Shown: piece after piece, positions 57,217 through 64,000 of the stretch
Position numbering within the stretch: the stretch's first letter is position 1
Layout of the letters: the number at the start of each line of letters is the position of its first letter
NCBI GenBank assembly: GCA_963796965.1
Contig: CAWCNS010000009.1
Location: 64,001 to 128,000 of the forward strand
Direction of reading: 5' to 3'
DNA: 64,000 nt
Source of the DNA: Calditrichia bacterium
GTDB taxonomy: Bacteria; Calditrichota; Calditrichia; JAJRVZ01
Position numbers and translations under genes: made by a program
Notes under the pieces: model-generated
Told to the model about the DNA's origin: nothing
Seen by the model: only the letters and a program-made list of their open reading frames with translations
Database searches by the model: none

Positions 57217-58734
57217 ATGAAACCTTTTACCACATTTTTAATTTTATCAATGCTATTTTCAACAGGGCTCTTTTCTTTCTGCACTGCTCAGATACAATGG
57301 ACTAGTTATACCGGGAATCCCGTCTTGCGACCAGGCCCCTCCGGGAATTGGGATGATGTCAATGTATTGGCGACATCTGTTGTACAGGTAAATGATACAT
57401 TACATATGTGGTATGATGGTAATCATTACAGTGGAAATTTTGGAGGGATAGGTCATGCCTGGTCTCTTGACGGACGGATCTGGATAAAAGATACGTTAAA
57501 CAATCCGGTGCTTACGGAAGGTCCATCTCTCTGGGATGCGGGTTGGGTGAGTTTTGTATCTGTTCTTATTAATCCGGCCGATTCCCTGTTCCACATGTGG
57601 TATTCAGGCAGAGGTGATCCCAATACCTATCACCCGATTTATATAGGTCATGCCACATCCCCTGATGGAAGCAGCTGGACAAAAGATAGTAACCCGGTGC
57701 TAAGTCCAGGTCCGCCTGGCAGTTGGGATGATGACGCGCTTATACATCCCTGTGTCGTACTTGTCAATGATACAATCCATATGTGGTACGACGGATTTAG
57801 ATTCGGCTTTGACTATTCCCGGATTGGCCATGCTATCTCAACGGATTGGTTGTCCTGGAAGAAAGATGCTGAAAATCCAGTGTTAACTCGTGGATCCAAA
57901 CAAAATTGGGATTATCCGCTGCTCAGGGCATCACAGGTTTTTCACGACGGATGGAGATTTAATATGTTCTATATTGGAGGCGTCCATCCCAACTATGATA
58001 TTGGTTATGCTTATTCAGACGGGGGGACCAACTGGATCAAATACCCCGATCCTGTAATGGTTAGGGGTAATAAAGGCAGCTGGGATATTGGGGGGCTTTT
58101 TACCGGCTCGGTTTTACTGAACGCCGGTAGAGATTCTTTAAAGATGTGGTACTCAGGTATTAGTGGTGGCACATCGACGGGGAAAATTGGATATGCAATG
58201 GCCCCTGTAAGTTATGAAGCCATTTTTGAATATCGGCAACAGGTTTCATCTAGATATCAGTTCACCGATAACAGTGTTGGAATAATTACAGATTGGTTTT
58301 GGAATTTTGGAGATAGCAATACAAGTTCTGAAAGAAATCCTGTGCATTCATATGCTCATACGGGGACATATACCATTACTTTAACGATCAAAGGACTTTG
58401 CGGATCTGACAGTACTTCTAAAACGATTGATGTTGTTGTTGGACTTGAAGAAAAAGAGGATAATATCCCTAAAAGATCAAGTTTAAGCCAAAACTACCCC
58501 AATCCCTTCAACCCAACAACAAATATAAATTACGAATTACAAATGACGAATTACGTAAACTTAAGCATCTATAATCTGCTAGGACAAAAAATCGTAACAT
58601 TAGTGAATAGGAAACAGAAAGCAGGTCCTCATCAAATTGAATGGAATGCCACTGGATTCTCGAGTGGTTTATATTACTATATACTCCGGGCAGGTGACTT
58701 TCAGGATGCGAGGAAGATGTTATTGCTGCGATAA
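57217..58734 (+). CDS. Secreted beta-propeller glycosidase-like protein with PKD domain and C-terminal sorting domain
   Basis: Same blade repeat as the upstream paralog; WFWNFGD...NPVHSY PKD domain; CTD. Confidence 0.8.
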   Translation: MKPFTTFLILSMLFSTGLFSFCTAQIQWTSYTGNPVLRPGPSGNWDDVNVLATSVVQVNDTLHMWYDGNHYSGNFGGIGHAWSLDGRIWIKDTLNNPVLTEGPSLWDAGWVSFVSVLINPADSLFHMWYSGRGDPNTYHPIYIGHATSPDGSSWTKDSNPVLSPGPPGSWDDDALIHPCVVLVNDTIHMWYDGFRFGFDYSRIGHAISTDWLSWKKDAENPVLTRGSKQNWDYPLLRASQVFHDGWRFNMFYIGGVHPNYDIGYAYSDGGTNWIKYPDPVMVRGNKGSWDIGGLFTGSVLLNAGRDSLKMWYSGISGGTSTGKIGYAMAPVSYEAIFEYRQQVSSRYQFTDNSVGIITDWFWNFGDSNTSSERNPVHSYAHTGTYTITLTIKGLCGSDSTSKTIDVVVGLEEKEDNIPKRSSLSQNYPNPFNPTTNINYELQMTNYVNLSIYNLLGQKIVTLVNRKQKAGPHQIEWNATGFSSGLYYYILRAGDFQDARKMLLLR

Positions 58735-58790
58735 TGTCATATAACTATAAGTAGATCTATTTCTTTTGGCAAATATTTATTTAGCAGTAA

Positions 58791-58843
58791 TTAGTCCGGG
58801 CGAGACTTCCCCCGGTTAAGGCGAGGAACAACCCCTGCGTGAC
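58791..58843 (-). pseudogene. Degenerate 3' half of tRNA-Asp(GTC) with a hairpin replacing the T-loop
   Basis: Minus strand GTCACGCAGGGG-TTG-[TTCCTCGCCTTAACCGGGGGA]-AGTCTCGCCCGGACT compared with the typical tRNA-Asp GTCACGCAGGGGGTCGCGGGTTCGAGTCCCGTCCG; starts right after the GIY-YIG stop. Confidence 0.55.
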
Positions 58844-59086
58844 CTATATATTTACTAAAGACTCTATATATGATCTCCGTTTCTTACTCTTTATTTCGCG
58901 TTCACGTTTTAAGGCTTCTGATTTGTTGTCATAATCCTCAGTGTGGACAATAAACCAGGGAATTCCTCTCTTGGTATCTCTACCCCAACCTTGATTATGC
59001 CTCTCCAATCGCCAGACAAGATCATCTGTAACTCCAGTATAAAAGAGATCAATTTTCTCTGAGTATATAATGTGCACTTTCCACAT
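58844..59086 (-). CDS. Small GIY-YIG nuclease
   Basis: MWKVHIIYS...FYTGVT..L..RLERHN...TKRGIPW...EALKREREIKSKK. Confidence 0.88.
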   Translation of the reverse strand: MWKVHIIYSEKIDLFYTGVTDDLVWRLERHNQGWGRDTKRGIPWFIVHTEDYDNKSEALKREREIKSKKRRSYIESLVNI

Positions 59087-59098
59087 ATCACACCTACA

Positions 59099-59240
59099 AT
59101 AAAAAAAGGCCTTGAGGATTTCCACATGGCCTTCGCGGTCCGGACCCCGAATCTTTCGCCTTGCTCGCTCTGCGGGGCAGGCGGTGGTCTCACCGAACTC
59201 TATTGATTGATACGATTTATTTGAGGTAGATTCTTTTGTG
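59099..59240 (-). repeat. Junction element copy D
   Basis: AAAAAAAGGCCTTGAGGATTTCCACATGGCCTT-CGCGGTCCGGA[37-bp insert]CGGTGGTCTCACCGAACTCTATTGATTGATACGATTTATTTGAGGTAGA. Confidence 0.85.
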
Positions 59241-59458
59241 GGTCTTTACGTGTTAAACTCTCGGTTTTATTTATTCTCAGCACATAGTAAAAATAGCCAT
59301 AAATCTATCTTTTCTGGAACGTTTTATTCCCAAAAATAATATTTTTTTTGTCTTTCCAGATTTCTTACTGTACAAACATACCATTAAGACATGTATAAAA
59401 TAAGTTGTAATCTTAAATAATTATAACTATATTCAATTACAAATCAAAAAAGGCAAGT

Positions 59459-60580
59459 ATGATAAGTCGACAATTGCTATCCACAATTCAGAAGATGTTA
59501 TTTAAAGGGAAAGCGATTATTATAACCGGTCCCAGGCAAGTTGGCAAAACGACGCTCTTAAAAAAATTGGCATCAGAAATACAACCGCAGCCACTTTTCC
59601 TCAATTGTGATGAGACTGATGTCAGACAGATGCTTACCGATACAACTTCTAGTCAATTACGTCAGATAGCAGGTAATAACCGTGTCGTTATAATCGATGA
59701 AGGTCAACGTGTCAAAAATATCGGTTTGACACTTAAATTGTTCACGGATGAGTTGCCAGAAATTCAGCTAGTTGTCTCGGGATCCTCTGCCCTGGAACTA
59801 GCTAATCAGATAAATGAACCTCTTACAGGTAGAAAATTTGAATATAATCTTTTTCCTTTGTCAAGAAGGGAGTTGGTATCTCATTATTCTCTTATTGAAG
59901 AAAACAGATTATTAGAAGATCGTTTAATCTTTGGTTCATATCCTGAGATTGTAACTTATCCGGAGGACCGAGTTAAACGCTTGACGGAGTTGACAGGGAG
60001 TCATCTTTATAAAGATCTATTCAACTTTCAGGAAATTCGAAAACCGGAATTATTGCAATTGTTGCTTGAAGCACTTGCCTTACAAATCGGAAATGAAGTA
60101 TCTTATTCTGAACTCGCCCAAACAGTACATTCCAATTCTGATACAGTCAAGCGATATATTGATTTGTTTGAAAAATTATATATCATATTCAGATTACGTG
60201 CTTTTAGTCGTAATCTGAGGAATGAACTCAAAAAAAGCCGAAAAATTTATTTTTATGATAATGGAATCCGCAATGTATTAATTAGAAACTTCAATCCGTT
60301 AAATATTAGAAACGATGCAGGCGCATTATGGGAAAATTATCTGGTATCGGAAAGGCAAAAAAGAAATTCATATGAAGATCATTTCTGTAATACTTATTTT
60401 TGGCGAACAAAACAACAGCAGGAGATTGATTATATAGAAGAATACGAGGGTAATCTTCATGCTTATGAATTTAAATGGAGTCCAAAAGCCAAATATCACT
60501 TTTCAAAAACATTTCTCAGAGCATACCCAAATAATGAAACAAGTCTAATTAATCGGGATAATTTTGATCATTTTCTCTGA
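59459..60580 (+). CDS. AAA+ ATPase (AAA_14) with DUF4143 / PD-(D/E)xK-like C-terminus
   Basis: GPRQVGKTT, IIDEGQ, SGSS, EPLTGR, KIYFYDNG and EIDYI...YEFKW motifs. Confidence 0.9.
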   Translation: MISRQLLSTIQKMLFKGKAIIITGPRQVGKTTLLKKLASEIQPQPLFLNCDETDVRQMLTDTTSSQLRQIAGNNRVVIIDEGQRVKNIGLTLKLFTDELPEIQLVVSGSSALELANQINEPLTGRKFEYNLFPLSRRELVSHYSLIEENRLLEDRLIFGSYPEIVTYPEDRVKRLTELTGSHLYKDLFNFQEIRKPELLQLLLEALALQIGNEVSYSELAQTVHSNSDTVKRYIDLFEKLYIIFRLRAFSRNLRNELKKSRKIYFYDNGIRNVLIRNFNPLNIRNDAGALWENYLVSERQKRNSYEDHFCNTYFWRTKQQQEIDYIEEYEGNLHAYEFKWSPKAKYHFSKTFLRAYPNNETSLINRDNFDHFL

Positions 60581-60713
60581 GTATTTAATGTACAGTTTCC
60601 ACATAAAAAACCTACAATAAAAAAAAGCCTTGAGGATTTCCCCAAGGCCTTGGCGGGGCAGGCGGCGGTCTCACCGAACTCTTTTGATCGATACGATTTA
60701 TTTGAAGTAGATC
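60570..60713 (-). repeat. Junction element copy E with a GIY-YIG 5' remnant
   Basis: Near-copy of 59052-59230 without most of the 37-bp insert; the remnant reads MWKLYIKYSEK. Confidence 0.85.
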
Positions 60714-60746
60714 AATAAGCGGAATTTTGGTTATGTGACAGTAAGG

Positions 60747-61053
60747 TTATGCAACTTCACTATTCAATGGTCGTATGCTCTCATATTCCTTTTCTCGTTT
60801 TTGAAGTGTACTCCACATGTCAAAATTTGTCTGTAATCCAATCCAAAATTGGGGCGTCGTGTTGAAAAACTTAGCTGAACCTGAAGGCTGTATCTGGAGT
60901 GATAGAGCGTTTACCCAAAATAATTTCATTAATTCTTACCCGGGTTATGCCAATCGCATCAGCGAGTTGCTGTTGTGTCATATTCAATTCGTTAAGATAT
61001 TCATAGCGAATTATCTCGCCAGGATGTGTTGGTTGTCTATTTTTAGGTAACAT
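60747..61053 (-). CDS. higA: HigA antitoxin (frameshift near 60875)
   Basis: PTHPGEII, LADAIG, INEIILGKRSITPDTAFR and FNTTPQFWIGLQ motifs. Confidence 0.88.
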
Positions 61054-61067
61054 TTTATAATATTCTC

Positions 61068-61349
61068 CTAATGATATTGTACAAACTCAAGTTCGTAAAC
61101 ATCACCATCTTTGAAAACAAAGCATAATCTCCATGGTCCGTTAACGGCTATCGCCCATTGTCCCTCTCTATCTCCATGTAACTGATGAAGATGATTTGAA
61201 GGAGGAGATTTTAGATCACGAACATCAGTTGCACTATTTAACATATCCAATTTCCTTATAAGCCTTTTGGATAGTTCTCGTGGAACACGTTTATGCGAAC
61301 CTGAATTCCAGAAGGCTTCTAAAAATGATTGCTTAAAACTCAGTATCAT
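61068..61349 (-). CDS. higB: HigB toxin (RelE family)
   Basis: MILSFK, DLKSPPSNHLHQLHGDREGQWAIAVNGPWRLCF...YH; lies upstream of the antitoxin. Confidence 0.9.
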   Translation of the reverse strand: MILSFKQSFLEAFWNSGSHKRVPRELSKRLIRKLDMLNSATDVRDLKSPPSNHLHQLHGDREGQWAIAVNGPWRLCFVFKDGDVYELEFVQYH

Positions 61350-61449
61350 GGGCAAATATAATATGTAACGTTGCACATTGCAAGTCGGAAATCCAATTAT
61401 AAAAATATACATAGATCCATGGGTGTTTATTTCGTTCCAGCTTTTGTTC

Positions 61450-61596
61450 TTGTACCTGCATAATATTAATCAATATTTTCAGAGTAAATTATGTATACTT
61501 TCCAGATAACATTCAATAAATAAAAAAGGCCTTGAGGATTTCCCCAAGGCCTTGGCGGGCTGGACGGCTGTCTCACCGAACTCTTTTGATTGATAT
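61450..61596 (-). repeat. Junction element copy F with a decayed GIY-YIG 5' remnant
   Basis: AAAAAAGGCCTTGAGGATTTCCCCAAGGCCTT-GGCGGGCTGGACGGCTGTCTCACCGAACTCTTTTGATTGATA; the remnant reads WKVYIIYSENID*YYAG. Confidence 0.85.
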
Positions 61597-61720
61597 CATT
61601 GAAATTTATTACCCTAAATAGGATGAGAATATAGATCGTCAAAAAAGATAAATATACGGACTAAAACACCCCCTCCAGAAGATTGCTCCGAAGGGGGTAT
61701 GGGATTGCATAATATTTAAT

Positions 61721-61870
61721 GTCACTTGATCAGTATCATCTTCTTCACATCCTGAAAATCGCCGGCTTCTATTTTGTAGCAATAAATACCAGTGGAAAAC
61801 CATTCGGCTTCCCTCTCGACTTGACGATAACCAGCCAGTTGTCGTTCATTAACTATAATGGCAACTTCCG
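61721..61870 (-). pseudogene. Orphan C-terminal sorting domain fragment
   Basis: Minus strand reads EVAIIVNERQLAGYRQVEREAEWFSTGIYCYKIEAGDFQDVKKMILIK* with an in-frame stop upstream and no start; hairpin downstream at about 61663-61700. Confidence 0.7.
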
Positions 61871-61893
61871 GTTACTGATTCAACCACAGAACT

Positions 61894-62815
61894 CTATTTA
61901 AATTTAGAATAATTTTTATTAAGTATAAAAACTTCACCTGTACCATAATCACTAAAGTATATATCGCCTCCCTTATTAAGCCCAATGTCATTGTATGGAC
62001 CTTCAAGTGTGTTAACGATTGAGGTGACAATTCCAGATGGATTGATATTAAACAATTCGTTTTGGTTGAGTGTCCATAAATTATCTTTGTTATCAATGGC
62101 TAATCCATGAGGCCAAATGTCAAGGGTAGCAAATGGTTCAATTGAAGAAGCAATAATTGGTAAGATAGTATTATTTAAATTGAATTTTTTTATTTCCCCT
62201 GTCCATCCTTCAACCACATAAAGATTCCCATGTTTATCAAATTCAATTCCATTTGGATTTATATCCAGATCGTCATCATAAACAATCACAGTTGTTTTAG
62301 TCCCATCTTTTGCAATTTTTGTTACTTTTTCCCCTATACTCAACAGAAGTTCAGTAACAAATAGTTCGCTTTGTTTATTTAGTGCCATACATGTTGGTTG
62401 ATTAAAGCCAGAAGCAAATGTACTGTAACTACCATCTATTTTAACGAGATAAATTTTACCCTCATCAATATCACTAACAAACAGACCGCGATTTTTATCT
62501 GTAACTACATCAATTAATCTACCAGCATCAAATTCAACTAATGTGGATATCTCTCCTTCTGGAGTGATTTTTAAGAGTCTTACTTGGGTTTGATTCAACA
62601 ATAAATAGATCGTCTCCCCAAAAATCCATTCCTTCAGGGGTATCCAAGCCATCAACAAATAACATCGGTTCTGAAATTGGCTTCGATAAATTTGATTTTA
62701 ATAAATTATTCATTCCACTGTTATAACTGGGATCAAATGGTGACTCTTTATTACAACTAATCAGTAAAACTAAAAGAAATGCCATAAATATGTTAATCAT
62801 TTTCATATCAATCAT
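61894..62815 (-). CDS. Lipoprotein with NHL/SMP-30-like beta-propeller (frameshift near 62620)
   Basis: Lipobox LISC; GLDTPEGMDF, GFNQPTCMAL and PNGIEFDKHGNLYV blades. Confidence 0.75.
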
Positions 62816-63451
62816 CCTTTCAAGGAATTACCTATTTAATATTCCGAATGAATTAACTTAAATAATTCTAGTAAATCACTTAGCCTTCTCAATGAATCTA
62901 ATAATTTAAATCTCTTTCAGAAGTTATCTCCCTTTTTTCATATAACTATTAACAGGCCTCATTATTTTTATTAAAAGTTCAATTTGAGTATCTAAAAATT
63001 GGAGGATTTTTATTATGAAAATATATCATTTCAATATCGGGTATTACTATACAATATACATTGAAATACTATAACAGATATAAATAATTGAGAATATATT
63101 TTATTTAAATAACAATATAAAAAAGGAATGAAAAGTCTATATTTATAAGTGTAATTGGTCTCTTATATCGGGGATCGGGTATATTCTTAGAATGATATAA
63201 TAATAATTTTAATATAGAAAACTGAAAATTATTATGCAATTAATTTCAAATTTCGGGTTTTCATTAGTGACTATTTAATTTTGTTCTTCTTAATTCTGCT
63301 AAATTAAAGGATGATTCTTATATTGGTCAGCCTCATTTATATAGATATTTCTTTTTCTCTGTCCTTTAGATTATTCGCATACAACTTTGCATCTATTCTG
63401 TAAATCTTCAGATTTTAAGGCAGGATTTGTTACTATATTGTTACTTTCAAC

Positions 63452-63559
63452 AAAAAAATCCTCGTTTAAACTATTGTTTAAACAAGGATTAAAGCGGGCC
63501 GGACGGCGGTCTCACCGAACTCTTTTGATGGATACGATTTATTTCAGGTAGACCATTTT
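63452..63559 (-). repeat. Junction element copy G, overlapping the stop of a CTD gene
   Basis: AAAAAAATCCTCGTTTAAAC-TATT-GTTTAAACAAGGATT-AAAGCGGGCCGGACGGCGGTCTCACCGAACTCTTTTGATGGATACGATTTATTTCAGGTAGACCATTTT. Confidence 0.85.
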
Positions 63560-64000
63560 ACGGGTCTGTGTAAAATTTCCTGCCTCTATTTTATAGTAAT
63601 AAACACCACTTGCAAATCCAGAAGCATCCCACTCCACCTGATGATGACCGGCTGTTTGTTTTTCTGAAACCAGCGTCAGCCACCTTTTGTCCAAGCAGAT
63701 TATAAATACTTAGGATCTACATCATTCGTAATTGGTAATTCGTAATTGATAATTGTACTTGGATTAAATGGGTTTGGGTAGTTTTGATTTGACTGAAAAG
63801 TCTGTGCAAACTTTACGTCGACATCACCAATTCCGGTAATATAGTCAATAATATTTCTTAAAGCCGTAATATCATAAGCCCGTGGGCCACCATACGCTCC
63901 TTGATCGTTTCTTAGGGTACCCATTGCTGGCCATTCTGCAATTTCACCTCCACCTATATCGTTAAAAAGTGATGAATCATGGCCGGCATCAATACTAGGA
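63539..64000 (-). CDS. 3' end of a secreted protein (beta-helix-type tail) with C-terminal sorting domain; frameshifted, runs off the window
   Basis: SIDAG...GTLRNDQGAYGGP, QNYPNPFNP and GVYYYKIEAGNFTQTRKMVYLK*. Confidence 0.78.

Noticed and set aside
55701..58734. Diversity-generating retroelement TR/VR pair in the two propeller genes
   Set aside because: The similarity is protein-level blade repetition, with no adenine-specific near-identical repeat and no reverse transcriptase in the window.
58791..58843. Functional tRNA-Asp gene
   Set aside because: The 5' half (acceptor 5' strand and D-arm) is absent and the T-loop is disrupted.
62816..63450. Gene or element in the very AT-rich gap
   Set aside because: I could not find a convincing ORF, repeat or structure.
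38845..63559. Junction repeats as a CRISPR array or classical integron attC sites
   Set aside because: Spacing is 0.9-7.8 kb and irregular, no cas or intI gene is in the window, and there is no RYYYAAC...GTTRRRY box structure.
4004..63924. About 20 split genes as pseudogenes or programmed frameshifts
   Set aside because: The breaks hit core and accessory genes alike, and the fragments keep intact motifs without in-frame decay. This is most consistent with long-read indel errors; read polishing would settle it.

Overview
AT-rich bacterial chromosomal window. Several secreted proteins end in a 'QNYPNPFNP...KKMILIK' C-terminal sorting domain (CTD, T9SS type-A-like), which suggests an FCB-superphylum organism such as Calditrichota or Ignavibacteria (inference only). 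About 20 genes are split by small indels, most likely uncorrected long-read errors. Bases 1-16 kb hold a minus-strand respiratory supercluster: ctaB, alternative complex III (actABCDEF plus a probable actG), SCO, an A2-type caa3 oxidase (coxBACD), ctaA and a second SCO. Bases 16-38 kb hold a LytS/LytTR pair, a long pyruvate kinase, a DEAD-box helicase, a TetR-regulated RND pump, a Na/Pi cotransporter, a secreted M1 peptidase and PadR with an orphan ABC permease. Bases 38.8-64 kb form an accessory region cut into modules by about 8 co-oriented junction elements. Read on the minus strand, the fullest version of the element is: last codons of a CTD gene, a conserved spacer, a tRNA-Asp-like 3' end, a terminator, and sometimes the 5' end of a GIY-YIG gene. 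Cargo between the junctions includes cyanophycinase with a YfcC carrier, a lipid-modification set, a Ser/Thr kinase and sigma54 module with two secreted beta-propellers, a GIY-YIG nuclease, an AAA-DUF4143 ATPase and higBA. This tRNA-anchored, cassette-array-like architecture is the most interesting signal. No integrase and no intact tRNA is visible in the window. Intergenic regions also carry several families of REP-like and periodic inverted repeats.
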